Assembly: GCA_048938445.1 (NCBI GenBank)
Contig: JBHLME010000024.1
Location: 1-42,656, forward strand
Direction of reading: 5' to 3'
DNA: 42,656 nucleotides
Source of the DNA: Promethearchaeota archaeon
GTDB lineage: Archaea > Asgardarchaeota > Lokiarchaeia > Sigyniarchaeales > SOKP01
A program made the position numbers and the translations under genes. A model generated the notes under the pieces. It searched no databases. It was not told where the DNA came from and saw nothing but the letters and a program-made list of their open reading frames with translations. Below, in pieces: positions 19,283 through 27,945 of the stretch (within the stretch, counting starts at the first letter, position 1; every line of letters begins with the position of its first letter).

Positions 19283-20266
19283 GTGGGTTTAAATACAATG
19301 AAAGAAAGTTCAAAACAAGCACAGATTAATTTAAATTTTCTTGATTTTTCTGTCTTAGATGGTATTATTTTAATGTTATTGTTGCATCATCAAGAACCAA
19401 TAAAAAGGTATAATTTATTCCTAGAAGTAAACCAATTACTACAACATTCGACATTCAATAAATTTAATAAAGCATTATTGAAAAATATTAATGTAATTAT
19501 AGAATCTAATAAAAATATTAAATTTAAAGATTCAATTTCCGCTTCCAGTTTTTATAATCGTCTTTTAAAGTTAAATAGTAGATTATTAGTAAAATTAAAT
19601 AAAAATAAAAATGGGAAAATTCTTACAATCGAAAAAACACCATATACTAGAATTGCAATTAACATGTTGTATCAAAATTATACATCTAACATGCTCTATT
19701 CTAAAAAATTTACTCAAAATTCAATTAAACACGTTAACAAAATGATCAACTATAAACTTGAAAAAATATTAATCTGTGGGGTTTTTGATTATCTATATGC
19801 AAGCACATGGAATACTGAACTAATGTTTGATTATACTGATTCTGTTTATTTTATAACTGAAAAAGAGAGAGATGACGAGTATTTTAAAGCTATCGGATTT
19901 AAGGATATAAAGTTTTCTATAATAGATAATCTCAGAATTGGGGAACCTGATGATATTTTTGATCTTGCACTCGTGCCTAACTATTCTAAAAATCTTAATA
20001 TTAGAGGGCTCTCATGTAATGATATATTAAGTGAATTAGTAAGAGTGACTAAAAGCGACAAAGCTGTAGTTTTAACATGCTTTTCCGAAATAGAATCTGT
20101 TACAAATTATTACGTTAATACGATTTTAACTCAATTAAAAAAGGCTTTATATCCAATGATTTTTACCCCTGGTGAATTAAAACAAGATTTGGAAAAAGCA
20201 GGTTTAGTTAAAATAGAAATTGAGAATTATAAAGGAAAATTAATAGGAATAGGTTGGAAATCTTAA
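19283..20266 (+). CDS. wHTH plus degenerate class I methyltransferase-fold protein
   Basis: ISASSFYNRLLKLNSRLLV (HTH-like); DDIFDL and LSELVRVTK methyltransferase motifs; no intact GxGxG. Confidence 0.6.
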   Translation: MGLNTMKESSKQAQINLNFLDFSVLDGIILMLLLHHQEPIKRYNLFLEVNQLLQHSTFNKFNKALLKNINVIIESNKNIKFKDSISASSFYNRLLKLNSRLLVKLNKNKNGKILTIEKTPYTRIAINMLYQNYTSNMLYSKKFTQNSIKHVNKMINYKLEKILICGVFDYLYASTWNTELMFDYTDSVYFITEKERDDEYFKAIGFKDIKFSIIDNLRIGEPDDIFDLALVPNYSKNLNIRGLSCNDILSELVRVTKSDKAVVLTCFSEIESVTNYYVNTILTQLKKALYPMIFTPGELKQDLEKAGLVKIEIENYKGKLIGIGWKS

Positions 20267-20492
20267 CTAGTTTTATAAATAAGTTATATTTATGTTGAGA
20301 ATCGATTTTTACTTTCAATAATAAGATGTTAATCTAACCATAAATATACTTAAATTTTCTAAAAAATAGTTAATTCTAATATGAGATTGAAATTGATGGA
20401 ATATTATAGTAATTCAGCTTACTCCTATGAATTAAAACATATATATTTCAATTTTTAAATAAAAATGATACTATATTTAGAAAGAGAGGGAT

Positions 20493-21686
20493 GTGAGTAT
20501 ATTGGATATTAGTATAGAACTGATTAATCATTATCCATGGCTTCCTTCTACAAAAGATGTATATTCTGATAAATTACCTGATAATCCAATACAATTCATT
20601 CAAAAAATTTTTTCAAATTATCCTATTGAAGAAATTCGAGAAAGGATTTTCAAAATATTTGCTGCTGCTTTTGAAAATAAAGAAGAGATATTGAACTATA
20701 AGATTGACGATTTAAACGTGTATTTATATTTAATTTTAAATATACTCTTATCCACCTTGAATGATAATGCTATCGCAAACAGAATCGCTAATTTATATTC
20801 AAAAATAAATTATAACGAACTAATGATTGAAAACGATTCTATATTGTATGAAATTTGTAATGATTTGAAATTAAATATATTATATTATCAAGAACCAATT
20901 TCTTACGGCATTAACATAACTAAAGATCTACGAGAGGTCCTTAAAACTAAATTTAAGATTCATTTTACAAATTATTTAGATTTAGCCGCTAGTTTGAGAG
21001 ATGATTATAGAAAACTCATAAATAATCCCCTTTTAGGTGGTTATGTCTTCATTCAAAAAAGAAATTTAATAAGATTATTACAAGAATATGTGAGGAAAAA
21101 GTTAATTCCAAAGCAAAAACTTGATAAAGCTTCCATTGAGAAATTAAAAGAAGATTTATTTAAAATTGATGGATTTAAAGAAATTTATGATAAAATATTA
21201 AATGATTGGGAGCAAATGAAAGGTGATTTTGAACCAATTGAATTTCATTGGGGTTCTGAAATAGAACTTTCCGAAATTGCTCCGCCTTGTCTAAAACATA
21301 TATTACAAAAAGCAAGTGAATCTCAAAACCTTATTCATAATGAGCGGCTATTTTTAGTATTTTTATTACACGCATTAAAAATTCCTATAGAAAAAATCGT
21401 AGATATTTTCTCAACTTTACCCGATTTCGACAGAGATAAAACGTTATATCAGGTAAATTTTGCCTTAAATAAAAAGTATAGCCCTCATAAGTGTGAAACG
21501 TTAAAATCATTAAATCTCTGTATGGCCGAAAAATATAAAGACGAATTGTGCTTAAAAGGATATTTCTCAAAAAAAAAGGAAGAAGAAAAACAAATTTCAC
21601 ATCCACTTACATACATATGGGTCAAACAATATCGCTTATCTAAACATAAGAAATCAGATGAGATGAATAAAGAAAAAGATGAATGA
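20493..21686 (+). CDS. priL: DNA primase large subunit
   Basis: PPCL, HNERLFL, PDFDRDKTLYQV, and a Cys set for a 4Fe-4S cluster. Confidence 0.93.
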   Translation: MSILDISIELINHYPWLPSTKDVYSDKLPDNPIQFIQKIFSNYPIEEIRERIFKIFAAAFENKEEILNYKIDDLNVYLYLILNILLSTLNDNAIANRIANLYSKINYNELMIENDSILYEICNDLKLNILYYQEPISYGINITKDLREVLKTKFKIHFTNYLDLAASLRDDYRKLINNPLLGGYVFIQKRNLIRLLQEYVRKKLIPKQKLDKASIEKLKEDLFKIDGFKEIYDKILNDWEQMKGDFEPIEFHWGSEIELSEIAPPCLKHILQKASESQNLIHNERLFLVFLLHALKIPIEKIVDIFSTLPDFDRDKTLYQVNFALNKKYSPHKCETLKSLNLCMAEKYKDELCLKGYFSKKKEEEKQISHPLTYIWVKQYRLSKHKKSDEMNKEKDE

Positions 21687-22953
21687 AAATAATTATTTAA
21701 AACGACTTTTTCAAAAATATTATAACGAAAAACAAGATTGGATTCCTAAAATAGATTTTTTTGAGAAAAGGGAATTTGGATTCATTCCTTGGGATAAAGA
21801 GATAATGATAAGACACGTAGCATTTAATAATTTAGAAGAGTTTAGGAATAAATTGGCTTTAGACAGTCCAAAACACGTCTATTCGAGTGGAACAATATAT
21901 GAAGAGCCAGATCATTTAAACATGAATGAGAAGGGTTATTTAGGCTGTGATTTGATAATTGATATTGACGTTGATCATTTTTACACTCCTTGTAAAGATG
22001 AACATGATATCTGGTATTGTAAGGAATGTGGAAAATCAGGAAAGGGAATGCATGGAAAAACATGTAAGAAATGTGGAAGTAATAAATTTAAAACCTTAGC
22101 TTGGATTTGCGATGATTGCTTAGAGATTGCTAAAGCTGCTATAAAGAAACTAATTGAAAATTTTTTAATTCCTGACTTTGGAATAGAAGAATCAGAGTTA
22201 AATATTGCATTTTCAGGACATCGTGGATATCACATTAAAATTGAAAATGAAAAGATTCGATTACTTTCAAGTGAAGGAAGAAGAGAAATTGCAGATTACT
22301 TATCTGGCAATAATATTTCTTTTGAAGTCCTGGGATTCAGGTCCTTAAATAACAATATTTTTGGCTTGAGAAAACAAAATATTGGTTGGTCTCAAAAAAT
22401 CATGGAAAAAGTTGAAGAAATATTACATAAATCAAATTTAGAAATTGAACATTTATTAATGAAATTTAACTTTAATAAAAATCAGATACAGAGCTTTAAT
22501 AACTCAAAAGAATATTTTTTAAAGATTATATCTAATGAGAATGGTCCGAATGTTTGGGCAATTGAAGGATTTGACATTACGAGTTGGCTCAACTTTTTAA
22601 ATGGAATAGTGGGCGAAATAGGTGTTGAAATTGATGAGCCAGTTACAATTGATATACACAGGCTCATCCGATATCCCGGTACTTTACATGGAAAAACGGG
22701 CTTTAAAGTTCAAGAATTGAAATTAGAAGAATTAGATTCCTTTTTTCCATTAGATGAATCAAATAAAAATCTTGATCCAATCGTGTTCTACAGTGAAAAA
22801 TTAAACCAAAAGCTTGAAGTGGTTGAAAATGCAATACCTGCTTCCAAAATAAAGGGTGAAACATTTGGACCTTACACTCAAGGAGAAAAAATAGAAGTTC
22901 CAAACCATATCGCTATATTATATCTGTGTAAGGACCTTGCGAGATTATTATAA
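21679..22953 (+). CDS. priS: DNA primase small (catalytic) subunit
   Basis: REFGF, DLIIDID, FSGHRGYH, IDEPVTIDIHRLIRYPGTLHGKTG. Confidence 0.97.
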   Translation: MNENNYLKRLFQKYYNEKQDWIPKIDFFEKREFGFIPWDKEIMIRHVAFNNLEEFRNKLALDSPKHVYSSGTIYEEPDHLNMNEKGYLGCDLIIDIDVDHFYTPCKDEHDIWYCKECGKSGKGMHGKTCKKCGSNKFKTLAWICDDCLEIAKAAIKKLIENFLIPDFGIEESELNIAFSGHRGYHIKIENEKIRLLSSEGRREIADYLSGNNISFEVLGFRSLNNNIFGLRKQNIGWSQKIMEKVEEILHKSNLEIEHLLMKFNFNKNQIQSFNNSKEYFLKIISNENGPNVWAIEGFDITSWLNFLNGIVGEIGVEIDEPVTIDIHRLIRYPGTLHGKTGFKVQELKLEELDSFFPLDESNKNLDPIVFYSEKLNQKLEVVENAIPASKIKGETFGPYTQGEKIEVPNHIAILYLCKDLARLL

Positions 22954-23009
22954 CTCCTCAATAATAAATTATATAACTGATTCATTTCCTCTTTTAATAT
23001 ATAACATTT

Positions 23010-23726
23010 ATGAAAATTTTTATCCTCATGGACTTAAAAAACGATTATAACAAGCTTTACCATCAATGGCTTAAAGAAAGTCGAGAGCTCGAGTTAACAC
23101 ACTTATCTCAAGCGGATTTTGAATATTATAAAAAATCTGTTGAGTATATCAAAAATTATAAATTAGAAAAGGAAGACGCTATACAAAATGAAGTATTAAA
23201 ATCATATAAAGAAAATTTTAAGTATCTACTTTCTGATTTTTTAAAGTCGCGGGAAATTAAAATAATTAACGCAGCATTATCTCTTCATGAAATTAAAATA
23301 GAAAATGTAACTGAAGCAGAGAAATTATTTTTTCAAAACCTAGTAAGTTCCATTAAGGGATTTAAGAAATTAAAAGAACTTACAATTTATGAGGAATTTG
23401 AACCAATAAAGATTGAAGATATTATTGAATTACCAGGAATAGAAAAATCTAACAAGACTTCTAAAACTGTTCAAAAATATGAGACTAGTAATGAAATGGG
23501 AACTGAAGATGATAAAATAATTGATGCTATTGACACTACTGAGAGAGATAAAAACATGTACGATCTCACCCTCTTAAGATTTTTAAAAAAAACTCCACCT
23601 TTAGTTGGAATAGATTTAAAGAATTATGGTCCTTTTGAGAAAGAAGATATTGCTCTCATTCCATATAAAAACGCAAAAATCCTCCTTTCAGAGAAATTTG
23701 CGGAAAAAATAAATTTATCACATTAA
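23010..23726 (+). CDS. gins51: GINS complex subunit (Gins51/Gins15)
   Basis: Helical A domain (REIKII) and C-terminal B domain (VGIDLKNYGPFEKEDIALIP); follows priS. Confidence 0.88.
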   Translation: MKIFILMDLKNDYNKLYHQWLKESRELELTHLSQADFEYYKKSVEYIKNYKLEKEDAIQNEVLKSYKENFKYLLSDFLKSREIKIINAALSLHEIKIENVTEAEKLFFQNLVSSIKGFKKLKELTIYEEFEPIKIEDIIELPGIEKSNKTSKTVQKYETSNEMGTEDDKIIDAIDTTERDKNMYDLTLLRFLKKTPPLVGIDLKNYGPFEKEDIALIPYKNAKILLSEKFAEKINLSH

Positions 23727-23914
23727 TTCTTGTTATATTTTTTTTCAAATTCTTCTTTGAAATATTTAAGTCGATATTTTGCATATTTATCTATTAAGGA
23801 GAATTTTGGGGGATTTACATTAACTAATTGACCTCCACAATGGCGACATTTCGATTCTGGATTTGCTAATCCATATTTATTACATTCTTTGCATTTTTGA
23901 AGGTATTTTGTCAT
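23723..23914 (-). CDS. nop10: H/ACA RNP protein Nop10
   Basis: KCKEC..CRHCGG..PPKFSLIDKYAKYR; downstream of aIF2-alpha. Confidence 0.93.
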   Translation of the reverse strand: MTKYLQKCKECNKYGLANPESKCRHCGGQLVNVNPPKFSLIDKYAKYRLKYFKEEFEKKYNKN

Positions 23915-23944
23915 TCATTATCCCACCAAGAAGGATTTATAAAC

Positions 23945-24763
23945 TTAATCACGAATAAATTCAAATTGACCGTCTAATTGGTGTGATTTTGTTTCTATTA
24001 TTTCAATAACATCGGAAAGAATTGCTTCGGCATCAATATAATCCTTTGAAACTATTTCCAACCTATAATAAGGACTTGCAATATAAGAAATATCTATATT
24101 TCTCGTTTCTTTTGGATTTTTTACCACGCTGAGAGCTTCAAGTAAAGTATCTTTAATAAGTTCTATTCCATTTTCATTGATAAATGATAATTTTATTTTT
24201 CCAATAATATTTACAGTAGAAATCTCTACATTTTCATCGATAATTCTTAAATATTTTTGTTTAATGTCCTCAGGAATGTCGTTTAACCTGCTAAGAATTT
24301 TTTCTCCATTTTCTTTAAGATCATCCAACGCTTCTTGATTACTTCTATACATGTCTAAAATTGGAAAACCAACCTTTTCATATGCCTCATCTAAGGTCAT
24401 CTTTGTCTCTTCAGAAAGAAATTCTAGTAGTGTTTCAAATTTCATGGCAAATTTCCTCTCTTTTTTAACACTGTCTCTTTGAGCGGAATTCACCCTTCTA
24501 AGAGAACAATCCACGTGTCCTTTTTGAGGATCAACTTTCAACACCCTTACTACAATTAATTGATTAATTCTTACAAAATTTCTCATGTTTTTTATCCAGC
24601 GACTGGAAACTTCGCTGATATGAATCAATCCTCTTGCACACGGTTCAGAAGGAAGACCTTCATAATCTATCAAATCGACATATACATATTGATTTTGAAT
24701 CTCAACGACTCGACCCATTACAAAATCTCCTTCCTTTGGAAAGGGTGTTCGGGACTTTACCAT
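23945..24763 (-). CDS. eif2a: Translation initiation factor 2 alpha subunit
   Basis: S1 domain with IHISEVSSRWIKN and VLKVDPQKGHVDCSLRRV; YIASPYY. Confidence 0.96.
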   Translation of the reverse strand: MVKSRTPFPKEGDFVMGRVVEIQNQYVYVDLIDYEGLPSEPCARGLIHISEVSSRWIKNMRNFVRINQLIVVRVLKVDPQKGHVDCSLRRVNSAQRDSVKKERKFAMKFETLLEFLSEETKMTLDEAYEKVGFPILDMYRSNQEALDDLKENGEKILSRLNDIPEDIKQKYLRIIDENVEISTVNIIGKIKLSFINENGIELIKDTLLEALSVVKNPKETRNIDISYIASPYYRLEIVSKDYIDAEAILSDVIEIIETKSHQLDGQFEFIRD

Positions 24764-25015
24764 GATATTGAAGAGTTTTTCTTTTTTTATTATTGTAATT
24801 ACTTAGTTAAAAGTTAAATTATATTTTACTTTTACTATGGTATTTTATTTAAACTAAAAAATACTTTTCGGTTTTTTATTAACGATAATATGGAACGAAT
24901 ATGTCTATTTAAATAATTTAATTCTCGTTTTAAGAGAGAAAATCAACACTCTCATTGATTTTTTTACTTATCATTTATAGTATCATGTATTAAAATAAAT
25001 TCAAGATATTGTTTC

Positions 25016-25765
25016 ATGAAATCTATTGTAAATAAACATGAAGATGGGAATTTAATTGATTCAAAATTAAATAATATTGCATCTTATTCCTATAACTTTA
25101 ATAAGATTCCGCCAATTATTGGTATTATAACTGCTGACCAATTTGGAAATACGATCATTATTTTTGAGCATGAATCTGAAGAAAAGAAAAATTATGGACC
25201 AATCACAACCTATTTAACAGGTGATGATAAAAAATTAATTGAAATAGATTTAATATCAATGTATTTTAGCTCATTTAAAGTTTTTGCTGGTCAGACCAAT
25301 ATTCAAAATTTATCCCACCTTGAAATATATGGTTCTAATATCAAAGTTCAGATATACTTTCTCTTTGAAAAATTTATGGTTATTGTCTTTCTTAATTCTC
25401 ATGCCCAATTAAACTCTAAAGAAAAAAAGGAAATTATTGAATATCTGAAAGAAAAACTAATAAAACACAAACATGCTTTTGAAAATTTTAATGAACCTAA
25501 TTCCAGGAAATTGTTAAGGATGTTGGAGCTTAAAGGCAGAAGTTGGCTCAAAAAATTTAATACCAAATACAAAATTGTTCATAATGAAAACTATATAGAA
25601 AAAAATGAATTTCTTGATAAAATCATAGAGGAAATAGATCCCATTATCCAAACTGAATTACATGAATACCTTACTGGTATTCCAGATCATATTGTAAATG
25701 ATATAACTCTTGAAATCAGGAATAAAATTCAAGACAAACTATTCAATCAAATAAATTTGCTATAA
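25016..25765 (+). CDS. Hypothetical protein with probable longin/roadblock-like fold
   Basis: IIGIITADQFGNTII beta-hairpin, LISMYFSSFKVFA helix, then three strands and a helix. Confidence 0.55.
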   Translation: MKSIVNKHEDGNLIDSKLNNIASYSYNFNKIPPIIGIITADQFGNTIIIFEHESEEKKNYGPITTYLTGDDKKLIEIDLISMYFSSFKVFAGQTNIQNLSHLEIYGSNIKVQIYFLFEKFMVIVFLNSHAQLNSKEKKEIIEYLKEKLIKHKHAFENFNEPNSRKLLRMLELKGRSWLKKFNTKYKIVHNENYIEKNEFLDKIIEEIDPIIQTELHEYLTGIPDHIVNDITLEIRNKIQDKLFNQINLL

Positions 25766-25846
25766 TAAATTTATATATGAAATTTAAAATAAGAAAACAA
25801 ATCAATTAAAACAATTCGAGAATATTGAAGAAAAAAAGAAGATATA

Positions 25847-26287
25847 TTATGAATTTAAGTTTTCTTCTAAGAATTTTCGAATTTTTAAAGGAAGTTTTTT
25901 CCTTTTTTCAAGGGTCAAGCCTTCTCCACCATGATAGTCTATCTTTTTCCCCAAATAATAAAGATCGTGCTTTTCCTCACAAATCTCATTCCAACCTTCA
26001 ATTCCAAGCTTTTTTATCATTTCTAAGTTATACATTTTCGAATTATGTGGTGTATACCATTCAAAATTAACTATTGGCTGGATTCTTTCGCATGGATAAT
26101 CCTCGCATTCATTACAAAAGGTAAGGCCTTTATTGGTGACACACTGGTATGTCTTACAAGTGGGAGCATCTTTAGTTGGTTTTCCTTGTTTATCGCGACA
26201 ACCTGTACAATTTAACTTTTTTACACCCCAACATCGCTTACAATACACTCCACATGGCGCGTGCCATTTTAACAACTCATTATTCAT
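25847..26287 (-). CDS. DUF3795-like Cys-rich protein (start moved to MNNELL)
   Basis: APCGVYCKRC, CTGCR, CKTYQC, FCNECEDYPC. Confidence 0.8.
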   Translation of the reverse strand: MNNELLKWHAPCGVYCKRCWGVKKLNCTGCRDKQGKPTKDAPTCKTYQCVTNKGLTFCNECEDYPCERIQPIVNFEWYTPHNSKMYNLEMIKKLGIEGWNEICEEKHDLYYLGKKIDYHGGEGLTLEKRKKLPLKIRKFLEENLNS

Positions 26288-26554
26288 TGGTATGCATCTA
26301 TTTTTTCTTATTGGGATTTCAGGTAGTATGAAATTAAGTATTAACAATAATAATTAATGATAAAATAAAAATAAACAGAAAAAATTTGAATGATAAAAAT
26401 GATACACTATGTCAAATAGCAGAAACAAAAGACTCAATATAAAGTGAAAAACCGATAAATATAAATTGACAAATTTGTATGTGTCTCAAGGAAACATATT
26501 ATTTTTGGATTTAATAATAAAAAATAATTAAAAACTCGAGGGGATATTTCACAG

Positions 26555-27154
26555 GTGTTTATGGGAGAAATTCACTTGGATTATGAAAGTTTAGTTAATG
26601 AAATGATGACATACGCTCCTGATATATATGCCATGGCAATATTTGAGAATTTAAATGAAATTGTCTTTTCTACTGATAATTGGGACATTTCTGCGGATAT
26701 TAAGAAAATATGTTTGAGTTGGAACTCCTTGAAAATACCCTTTATGATTATTTCCGGCATAAAATATACGGTTTTAGAATGTGAAATTGATAGCATCGTT
26801 GCTACATCCTTACAAGGTGAAGGACATATTGTTGGGGTAAAAGATGAAGAAATCCATATTTTGTCTTATGTAAGACCTGATGGAGATATAAAATCCGCAA
26901 TCGTGGAACTCTCAAGATTCTTACCTCAAATTAATCCTAAGGAACCATACATGGATCCTGATATCGAATTTAAAACATCATACATTGATCCTAAATTGAT
27001 AAGCGAAATTAAAGAATTCTTGGAATGGATAAATGATCCTGAAGGGCTTCAAGGATTTATAACATATTACTTTCAAAATAATGATATTGAAATGATAAGT
27101 GAGTTATCCAAAATTTATTGTCAATTACTCAAGATTTGTCAAGAATCGTATTAA
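26555..27154 (+). CDS. Asgard profilin-like protein with C-terminal helical extension
   Basis: AMAIF..EIVFSTDNWDI..ISGIKYTVL..IVATSLQGEGHIV..LSYVRP parallels Loki profilin motifs as I recall them (QTENW, IQGIKY, GKGH). Confidence 0.75.
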   Translation: MFMGEIHLDYESLVNEMMTYAPDIYAMAIFENLNEIVFSTDNWDISADIKKICLSWNSLKIPFMIISGIKYTVLECEIDSIVATSLQGEGHIVGVKDEEIHILSYVRPDGDIKSAIVELSRFLPQINPKEPYMDPDIEFKTSYIDPKLISEIKEFLEWINDPEGLQGFITYYFQNNDIEMISELSKIYCQLLKICQESY

Positions 27155-27444
27155 AAAATTTAATGGTCCGTAGAGATTAAAAAATATATCTCTAATTTAT
27201 TAATATGATTGTAAATATCAAATAGTTAGGTTAAAATCTTTCCAAAAAAGAATCGGACTTAGATTCATGGTTAATTCTTTAAAGTATTTCTTATTTTAGA
27301 GAGTTGATTATTTAATTTATCTAGAGATTTAACTCACCAAGCATACCAAAAGAAAATAAACTTGAATAAAGAAACAGTAGGGATAAAAATATAAGCTTTT
27401 CCTCCTCGTTTATAAAAAAAAGGAAAAAAAAAAACTTCACAAAA

Positions 27445-27469
27445 AAAAGTGAAATAAAATTTCACTTTT
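27445..27469 (-). terminator. Stem-loop followed by long T tracts on the minus strand
   Basis: AAAAGTGAAAT-aaa-ATTTCACTTTT, 11-bp stem; A-runs on the plus strand at about 27424-27448. Confidence 0.5.
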
Positions 27470-27551
27470 GTATCATCCACAATGATGTGTCCCATCATTA
27501 GCCCTCTCCTGCGTCAATGTCTTTAATAGTCAACGATGATGCCATACATCA

Positions 27552-27686
27552 TCAGCTATAGAAATCTGGTTGTTGCTCTTCTCTTGCAATCATTTCAAAT
27601 ATAATTCTTAAAGCCGCATGGACTTTCTCTAATGATTGAATTATATCTTCAATGAAATCCAAGAGTTCTGAGATTTCAATACTCAA
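27552..27686 (-). CDS. Unlisted 44-aa amphipathic helical peptide
   Basis: TTG start with GGTTGA upstream; MSIEISELLDFIEDIIQSLEKVHAALRIIFEMIAREEQQPDFYS. Confidence 0.4.
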   Translation of the reverse strand: MSIEISELLDFIEDIIQSLEKVHAALRIIFEMIAREEQQPDFYS

Positions 27687-27945
27687 TTTTTTATCAACCC
27701 ATGAAGTTTTTTTATATTTTTATTCCTACCGTTTTTTTTAAAATCACCCGTTCGATCTGTATTAAAAGTTCTCTAATATTTGTTGTTAAAAGTAACTATT
27801 TAAAAGTTTTATTTTAATTCAAATCATCTTATTATGCTTTTGAAAGTTTTTTATTTTTATTTAAAGGATTACGTGATGTATTTATGAAAATCAGAAATCA
27901 ATAAAATTAAGAAAAAAAAATAGTTTTAAATTATTAAATTTGAAC

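Noticed and set aside
27430-27554. TGA-TGA-TGT after the 44-aa ORF plus an ATGA..hairpin..GA as a possible SECIS
   Set aside because: The pairing register around the putative quartet is off, there are no apical adenines, and the hairpin plus T tract is better explained as a terminator
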